Assembly: GCF_006345805.1 (NCBI RefSeq)
Contig: NW_021834494.1
Location: forward strand, 1 to 48,209
From: Octopus sinensis
Lineage: Eukaryota
Direction: 5' to 3'
Length of the DNA stretch: 48,209 nt
Part shown: positions 25,294 to 38,029 of the stretch, one piece after another
Position numbering within the stretch: position 1 is the stretch's first letter
Layout: each line of letters begins with the position of its first letter
Notes under the pieces: generated by a model
What the model was told of the DNA's origin: nothing
The model's database searches: none
What the model saw: only the letters and a program-made list of their open reading frames with translations
Position numbers and translations under genes: made by a program

Positions 25294-26056
25294 GTGAGTA
25301 CAGGACACCACAAATAAACGTAGAACACAACGAGAAACGAAAACACAAAAACAACTAGGAAACGGAATTTTTTTAACAACGAAAAAACAGAGTACAAGAC
25401 AAACAATACAAGGAATATTCCCCTTCATCAGCTGTCCCTGAATCGACTCAATGCCTGTTTCGAAGGTGAGGACAGAACACGACCCATCGATCCAATCCTT
25501 CCTGCAAAAGAATTAAATAAAATTCATTTGCAGAGGGGTAAAAACAAGGAAAAAAAATGTGACAAGAACAGGACGTAAAAGCAATACAAATATAATACAA
25601 ATACAAAAAAATACAGTATACATAAAGAATAAAAACAGGACAAAGAAACCAAAGTTAAGGGCTGTTTTTTAAGCCTGGACGATGGAAAAATTCAGAGCGC
25701 AAAAAAGTCATGTTGACTTGTAGAAAGCTACCAGTGAAAGGAAGTAGGTAGTCGACTCGGCAGTGAGTGACATGAGGAGGGGTGAGAGAGAGAGAGATAG
25801 AGCGGAAAGAAACCAGAAAGGGTGAAAAATAAGAAGGAGAGAGACAGGCAAAGAGGAAGACAGACAGGAAGGAAGGAAAAGTCAAGCAAAGGATTACAGA
25901 GTTCGCGTCTTAATTATATATAAAAACTTACTTGGAGAAAAGAAAGGAAAGAAACGAAACGACGCGATGGCGCTCAGTCATACAATAATTAATAAATAAA
26001 ATATATGCATACATACATATATGTACCTACCTACATCTACATGTATTTATACATGC

Positions 26057-26093
<37 letters not shown>

Positions 26094-26240
26094 CGAGAGT
26101 ACAGGACACCACAAATAAACGTAGAACACAACGAGAAACGAAAGCATAAAAACAACTAGGAAATGGACTTTTTTTAACAACGACAAAACAGAGTACAAGA
26201 CAAACAATACAAGGAATATTCCCCTTCATCAGCTATCCCT
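24868..26240. repeat. Local duplication (offset about 1056 bp)
   Basis: 24868-25010 is near-identical to 25924-26065; each is followed by a family E element. Confidence 0.85.
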
Positions 26241-26254
26241 GGGTGTCGTGTACT

Positions 26255-26285
<31 letters not shown>

Positions 26286-26288
26286 TAT

Positions 26289-26319
<31 letters not shown>

Positions 26320-26417
26320 GCATGGTTATATACATGTACATGTAGGTACGTACATATATGTATGTATGTATTTATGTATGCATGTGTGTATATATATATA
26401 TATACATACATACATAT

Positions 26418-26471
<54 letters not shown>

Positions 26472-26613
26472 TATACTTCATTTAAAAGCAGCAGAAATAT
26501 AACAAAAGCTGTTACTCAGAGTTTCACGTTCCGTCGAACAGTTCGACGAACGGAAGCGTGAAACTCTGAGTAACAACATTTGTAATATTTCTGCTGCTTT
26601 TAAATAAAGTATA
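26472..26613. repeat. ~70-bp-arm imperfect palindrome with a degenerate hammerhead on each strand
   Basis: Centre CGTCGAAC-A-GTTCGACG at 26540; plus strand TCGACGA-ACG(GAAG)CGT-GAAA-CTC(T)GAG-TA. Confidence 0.8.
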
Positions 26614-26678
26614 TTACTCTACCTCTAGTATTTGAGTACTCTTTTTGCCCCTTGTTTCACATTTATGTGCTTACTCCC

Positions 26679-26732
<54 letters not shown>

Positions 26733-26838
26733 TATATATAATATATATATATAATATATAGTTAATCCAAACAAGAAAACACAGAAAAAAAACACAGCAA
26801 CGCAGGACGTGGAACAATTATATATATATATATATATA

Positions 26839-27670
26839 TACTAGCAGAAATACCCAGTATTTCCAGGAAAATTATTTCGCAAATCCAATAACAACAATAC
26901 AAAGTATGTAGCCCTTAAAACGGCTTTGTGCATTTGCAGAGAACACCGAACTGTCTTACTCAGGATCTTGTTTTTAAAGATTCCCATTAAGTTATGAATA
27001 CCCAAACTGTGAAGTCAGCCATGTAATAACATGAAATTAGTTATCCGATAGTAAGAATTCAAATAAAGTAGCCATGAAAAGGCCTTTGATGCGTTCCCAG
27101 TGTATATAGAACTCAAGCGGAAATATTAATAAGCTATGTATGCGAAAATCGTGAAGTATGTTACGTAATAACAGGCTAATCAGATATGAGATAATAACAG
27201 TCCAGAGTAATTAACACCGAAAAGGGCTTTTGTGCATTCCCAGAGAATATTACGCTCAGCGGCGTTAGTGTTGGTATATTTGTGAATTAGTCACTCACCG
27301 AAATAAGTGGATCTATTGTTTAGGAATATACTATTTACTTGTTTAAGAATTGTACTGGATAAATTGCAAAAACAACAGTTTAAATACGAAAAAATAAGCA
27401 TTCTCAATTTGATTTATACCAAATGATTTAGGAAAATAAGTGGGTTATTTCCCTTGGCAGCTAAAATGAAATATATTAGATATATATAGTGACCCTTTCC
27501 AGGGGCCCTATTATCGATTTTTTTTCAATCCGAGTATGCTATGAGGTTTCTAGATATAAGTTTTACTCAAGTGTCAAGTTTCATCAAAATCGATAAAACG
27601 ATGTAGGAGGAGTTAGCTAACAACTCCACAAACACACCTACAGTCAAAATTTCCCACATATGTTGTGTAT
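26839..27670 (+). mobile_element. Non-autonomous Helentron/DINE-1-like (HINE-type) element
   Basis: 5' TACTAGCAGAAATACCCAG; 3' AAGTTTCATCAAAATCG...GGAGTT(AGCTAAC)AACTCC hairpin; lies in (TA)n. Confidence 0.65.
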
Positions 27671-27928
27671 ATATATATATGTACGTTAAATATAGGCTAA
27701 CGAATTATTTGAGAAATTTCACTACCAATGGCTGGCCCAGCATGTATAAAATGTCAATAGACAACATATTCTCCATATAAAATTAGTGTACATTTCAACA
27801 CAAAAGAGGCGACCTTTAACAGGCAGCCTTACACGCTAGAATGACCAGTCAAAACGACCAAAGCCCCATTTAAGAGCAATTTCGAAGGGAATGAAAAATA
27901 AAAAAAACTGTTACCCTGTTATTTTACA

Positions 27929-27996
27929 GCCATACCTAGGTTTCAAACTCTAATTAGCAAATAAAATAAATTGGTAGGCGGAGTTTTCATCAGTGT
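27929..27996 (-). ncRNA. Type I hammerhead ribozyme (GUA triplet)
   Basis: ACA-CUGAUGA-AAACUC(30-nt loop)GAGUUU-GAAA-CCUAGG-UA-UGGC: intact core, 6-bp stem II, palindromic ACCUAGGU stem III, weakened stem I. Confidence 0.7.
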
Positions 27997-28024
27997 TTCT
28001 AAATTATGTTAATATTTTGGCGTT

Positions 28025-28093
28025 GCCACTGATGAGAACTTCGCCTAGCAAATTATTTTAATTGCTAATTTAGGTTTGACACCTAGGTATGGC
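28025..28093 (+). ncRNA. Sister hammerhead with mutated core (GAAA to GACA)
   Basis: GCCA-CUGAUGA-GAACUU...AGGUUU-GACA-CCUAGG-UA-UGGC; 4-bp stem I intact. Confidence 0.6.
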
Positions 28094-28291
28094 TGTAAAA
28101 AAAACAAGTTAAAAGTTTTTTTTCTATTATTCATTCCGTTCGAAGTTGCTCTTAAATATGGTTTTGATCGTTTTGACCGCTCCTGCTATCGTGTAAGGCT
28201 GCCTGTTAAAGGTCGCCTCTTTTGTGTTTAAATGTACACATTTTATACAGATAGATAGATAGATAGATATGTATGTATGTATGTATGTATG

Positions 28292-28323
<32 letters not shown>

Positions 28324-28449
28324 TGTATGTATGTATGTATGTATAAAGAAGGGCTGGAGCATTCAGGCAATTAAAACACGTGCACTTTTATTGCATTAAT
28401 GCTTTAGCAACTCTGAAAACAGAACAGGTTTTGGTTCCATCTGCTTTCG

Positions 28450-29238
28450 TACTGTTTCTTATTTCTTTACTACCCACAAGGGGCTAAACACAGAGAGGAC
28501 AAACAAGGACAGACAAACGGATAAAGTCGATTATATCGACCCCAGTGCGTAACTGGTACTTAATTTATCGACCCTGAAAGGACTAAAGGCAAAGTAGACC
28601 TCGGCGGAATTTGAACTCAGAACGTAACGGCAGATTAAATACCTATTTCTATTTCTTTACTATCCACAAGGGGCGAAACACAGAGAGGACAAACAAGGAC
28701 AGACAAACGGATTAAGTCGATTATAACGACCACAGTGCGTAACTGGTACTTAATTTATCGACCCCGAAAGGATGAAAGGCAAAGTCGACCTCGGCGGAAT
28801 TTGAACTCAGAACGAAACGGCAGACGAAATACCTATTTCTTTTCTACCCACAAAGGGCTAAACACAGAAGGGATAAACAAGGACAGACAAACGGATTAAG
28901 TCGATTATATCGACCCCAGTGCGTAACTGGTACTTATTTAATCGACCTCGAAAAGATGAAAGGCAAAGTCGCCCTTGGCGGAATTTGAACTCAGAACGTA
29001 ACGGCAGACGAAATACCTGTTTCTTTATTACCCACAAGAGGCTAAACATAGAGGGGACAAACAAACGAATTAAGTCGATTATATCGATCACAGTGCGTAA
29101 CTGGGACTTATTTAATCGACCCCGAAATGATGAAAGGCAAAGTCGACCTCGGCGGAATTTGAACTCAGAACATAACGCCAGACAAAATACTACAAAGCAT
29201 TTCGCCCGGCGTGCTAACGTTTCTGCCAGCTCACCGCC
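28450..29238 (-). mobile_element. Head-to-tail array of four SINE family A units (about 190 bp each)
   Basis: Only the rightmost unit has the GGCGGTGAGCTGGCAG head; the other three begin at GTATTT(C/A). Confidence 0.9.
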
Positions 29239-29894
29239 TAACTGTTGTTAGTTTCTGTCTATCTTTTTAACCATCTCTGTGTGCATGTGCACACAGGCGT
29301 GCTAGCTAGTTTCACTATTCATCTTTCTCTGTATATACACCCAGATATATCGACTTATATTTCACACATATATAATCACTATACACATCTACACACCGAT
29401 ACCGGAGCACACATCTACGCACATCCACATATATATAAATATACATTCGTACTGGCACACATTTATACGCATATCTCTCTCCCTCTGTGTGTGAGTGCGT
29501 GGCTCATTGTGTGTGTGCGTGCGTACCTCACTGTGTGTGTGCACGCGCATGTGTGTGTGCATGCGAATGCTTGTGCGTATGCGCGTGCGCGCGTTCCTAA
29601 TTATTTTATATGATTTTGTATTTCGCACACTTCTTCACCACCAGCAATATATGTAATTACCAGATACCCAGAAAGAAAGACAAAGAGAGAGAGAGGGGGG
29701 AGAGGGATGAAGTGAAAGAGCAGGGAGAACAAGAGAGAGAAAGAGAGCGAGAGAAGACAGTCACGGATAACTTACTACATGGCGAAAGAGTTTGTGAAAT
29801 CCATTAATAATAACAGTAAAGTGAATCACTTTGTAATTATTATTGTTTCATTGGCACCGTGTTTCTATTTGTCCATCAACCGTCCGAAAATAAA

Positions 29895-30134
29895 TTTGTA
29901 TATATATACATATACTTATATATATATATATATTATATATATATATATATTATATATATATAATATATATATATATATGTATGTATGTACGTATATATGT
30001 ATGTATATATGTATGTATGTATGTATGTATATATGTATGTATATGTATGCATATATGTATGTATGTATGTACATATGTATGTATGTATATATATATGTAT
30101 GTATATGTATATGTATGTATATATATATATGTAG

Positions 30135-30195
<61 letters not shown>

Positions 30196-30265
30196 GTATG
30201 TATACAATGTATATATACATATATATAGCTTTATATATACGTATGTATGTATGTATGTATGCATA
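29895..30265. repeat. Compound (TA)n/(TATG)n array
   Basis: Read directly. Confidence 0.95.
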
Positions 30266-30559
30266 GTGATGTCAGATAAAGTTGTTCCCTTCTTTCCAAT
30301 GTTATTTGAATTAACGCGAAAATATATATATCGTTCTGCTGTTTATAGCGTTTTCTTTTCTTTTATAGCTTCATTCTTTCCCTGCATGTTTTCTGTACAG
30401 TTTTTGAAACTCGAATAGATTTTTACCTCTTTTCGGACATATAACAATGTTAAATAGACCAAAAACAGTGGACAAGTAGACAGACAAACAAAACTGACCA
30501 TTATTGACTGTTTTCAGTCAAATTTCCGAAGATTCAAAGATGCTGAGTCATTTGTGCGG

Positions 30560-31280
30560 TGAACGGATAAGGAGCTATTACTGAAAGAATTGCACATATG
30601 AAATTCGACCTCACATCCTCTTCAGTTCAATGAGGATCGATTAAATGATCATGCCCACGAGAGTCCGCGCCGATCCATTAGGGAATTAGTTCAAGAAATG
30701 AGATGCTCTCATGATACTGTCGCCTGTCCCCTTCACTCGAAAGACAAGGTCCAAATTTTGGCTGCATCGATGACAAATGCTCTATCGCTACCAGTTCGCT
30801 CAATCGTCGCTAGGCTAATCGTGGACACAAATAGAGATTTTTTTACCGCATCGTCACCGGCGACTGAAATTTGGTGCCTTTATTCCAATATGTAACAAAT
30901 GAAAGAATGGCTGAGCCTCGACAAGCAAGCAACACCTCGAGCCAAGCCACAGCTACATCCATGCAAGTCAATGATATACACTTGATAAAATTCAAAAGGG
31001 CTAATCCACTGTGAAGTGCTTGAAAACAACCACATACTCAATACAGAACTTTATGGTCGACAAATGCACCGATTCTACGTGGCAGTTCCTCTGGAAGGCT
31101 CAGCCTGCGACACGGCGTGCTTCTTCAACACGACAACGCTTGCCTCTACCTCGTTAATTTGACCAAAAATGCTATCCAAGAGATTTTGGGGGAGGGTCTG
31201 TCTTACCTACAGTATTCTATTGATATAGCGCCTAAAGATTATCATCTTTTACGGTCGCTCTGCAATAGTCCGCGAGTAGT
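30560..31280 (+). pseudogene. Mariner (DD34D-type) transposase remnant
   Basis: FNEDRLN..HESPRRSIRELVQEM (HTH), RIVTGD*, KEWLSLDKQATPRAKPQLHP, GVLLQHDNA, YSIDIAPKDYHLLRSL. Confidence 0.85.
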
Positions 31281-32031
31281 AGATAGTAGTAGAAATAGTT
31301 GTCATTCTAATTCTAATTCCTCTCCAGTTGATATTGTTGGTAGCAGTAATATCAATAACCGCATCATTTCTCTAGACCCCGTACTCAGCCGCTTCGATAG
31401 GTCCACGACATGTAACGAACCTATCTCACTAATCTACCGATCATAAAATGATGTGTATACCGCCGTGCGTAGACTAAAAACTGAGAGGCAGAATTTTCAT
31501 AAACTAAAAAAAGGTAAATAAAATAAAATAAAATAGGTTCTTGAGCAACACGTTAGGAAACATTGAGGGACGCGAGCCTACTAAATTGGGATCGGCAATG
31601 AATGGCATAAGAAAGCTAACCAATGTAATAGAAATAATAAAATATTACATTTTCTCTTGAACAAATCCTACAGAACTCACGTGTATTGATTGCAAAACTA
31701 CGCCTAGTCTAAGCTGCCGCATATCAATAACATGAGAACGGGAACACCAGAAGAGAATTAAAAGAGATTACACCACACTAATGTCCTCATAGAAATCTAG
31801 TGTAGCATTCTTCAACCGAGGACGCGAGCTGAAAACAACTCTCAAATCACCAGCAATGGCATATCTGCATAATCTATGCTTTGAAGAAGCATAAGTCTAT
31901 ATTTGATCTCGTTACTAGAAACCTACTACTCTGGCCTGTTTGTGGGCACACCGTCGCCAGCAACTCCAGATGCTAAATTTCGTCTCGATTAGTGTAAACC
32001 CATTAACAAAATAATATCTTTGGACGCGTAA

Positions 32032-32300
32032 GGCGGCGAGCTGGCAGAAACGTTAAGCACGCCTTTATGTTCTACGTTCAAATTCCGCCGAGGTCGACTT
32101 TGCTTTTCATCCTTTCGGGGTCGATAAATTACGTATCAGTTGCGTACTAGGATCGATCTTATCAACTGGCATCCCTCCCCCAAAATTTCAGGCTTTGTGC
32201 TTATAGCAGAAAAGAATATCTCTGGACGCGTGTATTTCGTCTGTCTTTACGTTCTGAGTTCAAATTCCACCGATGTCGATTTTTGCCTTTTGTCAACAAA
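32032..32300 (+). mobile_element. SINE family A copy with 17-bp TSD, followed by a headless copy
   Basis: AATATCT(T/C)TGGACGCGT flanks the first unit; the second unit starts GTATTTCGTCTGTC. Confidence 0.8.
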
Positions 32301-32440
32301 CGGGATGTATTTTCCGTGACAAAACGCAGTGAGTAACTTGTTCTCCAGTTCGAACGCGCCTCGAGCATATTCGGACTGATAATAACATTACGATGGGGTA
32401 TAAATGTTGTACGTGTCAGCTCAGCGAACTTCAGAAGCAT

Positions 32441-32583
32441 TTACAGGGCTTCATTCGTTGTATGGAATTCCGTAGACATAGCCAAAAGGACCGGATCAGA
32501 TTCTAAACAGTGACCAAGAATAGATTCAAATTCATCGTCAGTAATGATGTTAATAACGGATATGCTACATCCTGGAACAAATT
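32441..32583 (-). CDS. Candidate terminal coding exon: xFVPGCSISVINIITDDEFESILGHCLESDPVLLAMSTEFHTTNEAL*
   Basis: Strong acceptor with branch-like CTAAT (gacctttctaatctgtttcag); 46 open codons to TAA; non-repetitive. Product not recognised. Confidence 0.35.
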
Positions 32584-33957
32584 CTGAAACAGATTAGAAA
32601 GGTCAAACATAAATCTAGACTAAATAGGCTTGAAGTATGACGTGTTATAGTGCTAGTGTGAAATATTTGACGGTAACACACCTAATTAGTTAGTCATAGC
32701 CATTTCTGTAAACACTCCGTACCAACAGTAATTGCCGAAGAAACCCCTAATATTTTGGCAAAATAACTTGTCTGGAACTACTCTTTCGTTTATTCTCAGT
32801 ACAGTGGCTGCGTTATAGAATGTTTCATCATTACAGTTTCTTCTGCAAATTGCTTTTCTAATTGTTATTGTGGCTGTTTAGTTCAACAGCCCTATGAAAG
32901 AACAAAATATTCCGTCACTATCTACCCTTTCCTTTGTTTTTCAATCTATGTATTTAAGACTTAATTCAATGTGCCCTGTTATGAAGATGGTAGGATGGAA
33001 TACGAGGTAAGACTTGATTGCCTTCTTGGAAAGATCGACCGACCACGTTAAGATTCCTTCTTCGTTCTGTGCCTATCTCTTGTTGATTTTGTTTAGCCCA
33101 GGGCCGATCATTGCCGAGCAGAAGTGTAACAAAAAGGTAATCATCCTATTTTGTTTTTCTAAATTTGTCAGGAACCATGTATCCAGGACTACATTATTCA
33201 ATGTTTTTTTCTTTCTTGTGCGACCTAAGGTACAATTTGTTTATTACCTTTGGGACGAGGAGCGACACAAGTAAAATAACCCCCATATTTTTGTATCTAG
33301 TTGTTCATGTTGTTGTTGCTGTCGTTTAATTTCCTTCATTTTTCTTTTACTGTTATTTTTATGACGATGATAACGATGATGACGATGATGAGACGGAGGA
33401 TGGGAAAGAACAGGAGGGGGAAAAGACGATGTTTCTATTAGAGAGTTGCTATTTCTAGCAGGATCAGAGACTCCGTATACACTCTGTTGTTGGCTTCGAT
33501 CATTGCAATAATTGGTATTGGAATCTTCTTGATAATTCCAGAAAGGTCAAGCGACCATGTCGAAACTTACAATCTCATTGTTCGGTGTCTGGTTTTACGC
33601 AATTCCAGTCTAGCATTTCTAATTGAAATATCTTACTAGAACACAAGAATACTTGTGTATTTTTCTTGTTTTTCTTCTTCTTCTTCTTCTTCTTCTTCTT
33701 CTTCTTCTTCTTCTTCTTCTCCGACACATTCTTTCGGCCGCCCAAGTTGATCTCTCTACTTTAAAATGCTTACAACAATCTGGATATATATTTTTTGCAG
33801 TCGGTTTCTAAACTACATTTCCAGCATGCTGTACTCAGTCACCGCTTTCAGCATAAATATTAAGCAATTTTCCAATTTTTTTAATGTTCTGATCTGGATA
33901 ATATATGTGCATTGATCTATGTAATTCATACATAGATCATGCATACAGAAACACGTG

Positions 33958-34013
<56 letters not shown>

Positions 34014-34079
34014 GATATATATATATATATATGTATGTATTTATATGTATATGTACACTTATATACACTTATATATATA

Positions 34080-34134
<55 letters not shown>

Positions 34135-34454
34135 CTTATGTACATAGGTATGCATATGTATGTAAATGTTTATAGGTGTGTGCACACCCAAATATACGCA
34201 TGTATAAAAATGAGTTCATGTTTAAATAGATAAAAAACATATTTACGTACTTAGTAATATAACTTGGTATACACAAACAGACATTCAAGCGCGCACGTAC
34301 TTACCAACACACACACACACACACGAACATACATTCTCCCACACGAATATAGAGATAATTATAGATAGATAGATATATACGTATATACATACAAATGTAT
34401 GTATATTATATACACATGCGTGTTTTATATAAGTATGTCTGTTTTAATGGATAT

Positions 34455-34521
<67 letters not shown>

Positions 34522-34529
34522 TATATATA

Positions 34530-34650
<121 letters not shown>

Positions 34651-34896
34651 AATAAATAATATATATATATATATACATACGTATATCTCCGTATGTTATT
34701 TGTATAATGTCTCTGTCTATCAAAATAGACCTGTGTACCTGTCTATATTGGAATAACCATGTGTGTGTGTGTATATTTACTATTCACATCTAGTTACATA
34801 ACCCTTCTTTGATGTATAAATTTATTTTCAAGCCACACGTTGAAAGAGAAGCCATCATTTTTCACCTTGCCCTTCTGTCTAATCGTTCTGTTTCAC

Positions 34897-34941
34897 CTAA
34901 CTTCAAGTCTATAATGTCTTCGCCAAGGCGCCATTCATAAG
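34897..34941 (-). CDS. Candidate internal exon (45 nt, phase 1-1): xYEWRLGEDIIDLKLx; alternative donor at 34866
   Basis: Acceptor gattcttttcgtttactatgtag; donor TTAG|gtgaaa; phase-compatible with 32441-32583. Confidence 0.3.
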
Positions 34942-35140
34942 CTACATAGTAAACGAAAAGAATCACTAAATTCACACGCTTACTTTCTTTCTTGTAACTT
35001 AGTTTTAATTTAGCCATTCTCTTTAATATCAAACTAATATAACAGTCCTGCTTTGGTAATTTTATGGTTACGTTGAGATGTATAATATACAAATATGTAG
35101 GTAAATATATGCATATATGTTTCTGTGTGTGGGGCGTGTA

Positions 35141-35610
35141 TGCGCAGGCGTTGCTGCGTGGTAATAAGTTTGTTTCCCAACCACATAGTTGGGCTATGTG
35201 GTAAATAGCTTGCTTACCAACCACATGATTCCGGGTTCAGTCCCACTGCGTAGCACCTTGGACAAGTATCTTCTAATACAGCCTCGGACTGACCAAAGCC
35301 TTGTGTGTGGATTTGGTAGACGAACACTAAAAAAAGCCCGTCGTATACACACACACACACACGCACGCACAAACACATATGTATATGTACATACAACTCT
35401 GCGTGTCTTTGTGTCTGTGTTTGACCCTCACCCATCAGCACTTGATAAACGGGGCTGGTGTGCTTATGTGCCCGTAACTCAGCAGTTCAACATATAGACA
35501 GAAAATAAGTATTTGGCTTAAAAAGTAAGTCCTGGCGTCGATGTGTTCGATGAAAACCCGTCAAGGCGGTGCTCCAGCATGGCCGCAGTCAAATGACTGA
35601 AAACAGTAAA
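35141..35610 (+). mobile_element. CORE-type SINE family D with duplicated head
   Basis: Two successive ...GTGGTAA...CCAACCACAT heads, then CORE-like block and GGCGGTGCTCCAGCATGGCCGCAGTCAAATGACTGAAA tail. Confidence 0.9.
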
Positions 35611-35618
35611 AAAAAAGA

Positions 35619-35652
<34 letters not shown>

Positions 35653-35780
35653 CGTTTTGGGATTTGGTTTGCAAGATTCTTAATGTGAGTTCGTGTGCTG
35701 AAGCATATTGTGTTGTGTCTGGGGAGAGTCATTTTCTTTTTGTGCCTTATATTTAACGTATTCATGTGTGTATACATACC

Positions 35781-35845
<65 letters not shown>

Positions 35846-35847
<2 letters not shown>

Positions 35848-36060
35848 AGAGGGCTGCTGAAAAGTACCCTGCTCTGAGTAACAGAAAGTACAGGGGGATC
35901 ATTTAATTATGATTTATTCAACATATTCCCCTCTCATATTCACACGCTTAATGTAATGGTCTTTCAGCTTTTCTAAGATCTGTAAAAGAAGTCGGATGGT
36001 TGAGCCTCCAGCTAGGCCTTTCACGACACCCTTAAAGCTAAAAATGTTTCAGCACCCAGC
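35846..36060. mobile_element. Mariner-derived MITE
   Basis: TA-AGAGGGCTGCTGAAAAGT left end and ...TTTCAGCACCC right end (imperfect TIRs); homologous to 2170-2281. Confidence 0.7.
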
Positions 36061-36676
36061 ACTTCCTAAGTATATATATAATGTACACATACACATACCA
36101 ACATATACGTACATACATATATATATGCATATATATGTAAATACTGGCATATGTCTATATGCGTATACACAGACACACTTACTATTCTCTTAGGTACATT
36201 ATGTTTGTTGTGTTGTTGTCATACATATCTTTAGCCCAGACTGCAATGCTGTTTCCTTTATCATATATGTAATGTTGTTTTCGTTTTTTTTTTCGGCATA
36301 TGATATAGTTAAGTTTTTTTTTTCAACTGCTCAATAAGAAAAAAAGACGATGTCTTTTTTTCTTTTAAGTAAAAAGAAATACTTTCTATTTATAGTATCT
36401 TGTTTACAACACAATTTCATTGAAGTTTTTCAGTAAACATGGTTGATGAAAGATCACAAAATCCAATTTATTCGTATTTACATTGATATATAGTTCTCCA
36501 CATACCAATATATTTTCTTGAGTGTCACGAAAATAAAATTTAACAGATCATATCACCGGCGTCATATACTTAGTGCAAGAATCTGTAACATTTACGTGTT
36601 GTTGTTTTAGCCCATATCAGTTGCTACCAAGGGAGTATCCATGCATGACTAACCAGTATTTCTGTCCCCGGACGTA

Positions 36677-36728
<52 letters not shown>

Positions 36729-36751
36729 ATGTATATATATATATATCCATG

Positions 36752-36789
<38 letters not shown>

Positions 36790-37055
36790 ATCCATGTATA
36801 TACATATATATATATATATATATATCCATGTATATACATAATGTCCCTTGTAACATCACCTGACGTGGCGTCTCTGTCCCGAGGGATGCCCCACACCCAG
36901 TTGTACAATATCCCATCCACGAGGGATCGATGCAAAGTGGGTCGAAACGATCGTTTTGAGTAATAAACTTTCTCGTATATTTCATTTTCCGTCTCCATCA
37001 TTTTTAGGTAGGTGGGTAGATAGATAGACAGATGAATAGATAGATAGATAGATGA

Positions 37056-37088
<33 letters not shown>

Positions 37089-37192
37089 CTCGTAAACATG
37101 CAAGCAGAATAGAAAGTGATTTTCTTAATGCAAGAATATTCTCTATGTTTAAAACAAATATACTCGTTTTTGACGACACGAGAGTATTATTC

Positions 37193-37243
37193 GGAATCTT
37201 GGGGTTGGTAGCCCGCGCTCTTAACCACTACGCCATATGCCCG
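37193..37243 (-). mobile_element. Isolated tRNA-derived SINE head
   Basis: GGGCATATGGCGTAGTGGTTAAGAGCGCGGGCTACCAACCCCAAGATTCC (A box plus anticodon-arm-like hairpin); no T arm or acceptor stem. Confidence 0.5.
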
Positions 37244-38029
37244 AGAGTACTATTGTTTATACATTTTTTATCTTTATGAGATATGTCACCAACATATGAT
37301 CGCACTTGCATTGCACTTTGAAGCAAGTAAAGAACTTTTATCATTTATTTTATAACTGTAACTTGTTTCAGTCACTGGACAGCGGCCATGCAAGGGCACC
37401 ACTATAAAGGGCTCAATCCAACAAATCGACCCCAGTACTTAAATCCTCTAAGAGAGTAAGAAAACAAAGTCCATGCTGTTTTCACTTCAGCTTAGAAGCT
37501 ACTAAGACACCAAGAAAAAAGAAACTTGTTAGGGTTCTAGCTTGTCACTGATTTTTGGGTCGGTTTTGCTTTATAGTCTTGTTTATCAAATCTCTGTATA
37601 TCAAAATCTAAGACTATAGTGCAGTGTCTGTTAGGAAAGGGCTTGTGGGATTTGACAGAATCACAGTGGTTATAATCATAAAACTTGTCAAGATTATTTT
37701 GAAGTAGTATAAAGTAACTGGCTATAATGAGGTTTGATAAAAGAAAATCTTAAATCAAGATGTTAATTACCAGTTAAAGGGGCAAGGCTCTAATAAAACC
37801 AATGACAATAATACAGGGGAAATTTTTTTATCATAGGGTACTATAGGCGATTGATTTAAACAATATTGTTATATTGCATAAAAATAAAATTTAGGATTAT
37901 CAAGAAAAAATATTAAGAAAATATTATAACCAAAAGGTAAATTTTTGAATAATTTTGGGTATATATCAAAATCTACAACAATAGAGAGAGAGAAATTACA
38001 TAGAATTAGTTTAATATTTATTCATATAC

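Larger units (their letters stand above)
27776..28247. repeat. ~220-bp-arm inverted repeat with back-to-back hammerheads
   Basis: Left arm 27776-27997 matches the reverse complement of 28026-28247; spacer of about 28 nt. Confidence 0.9.

Noticed and set aside
25420-25480. Permuted (type II) hammerhead CCTTC-GAAAC...GTC...CTGATGA-AGGGG
   Set aside because: Stem III has only 2 bp and stem I does not form; kept only as a half-motif in family E.
36861-37000. Minus-strand frame [19 protein letters not shown]... as a first exon
   Set aside because: Embedded between microsatellites, a second frame is equally open, and the donor is weak.
37193-37243. True tRNA gene
   Set aside because: Lacks the T arm and acceptor stem; it is a SINE head.
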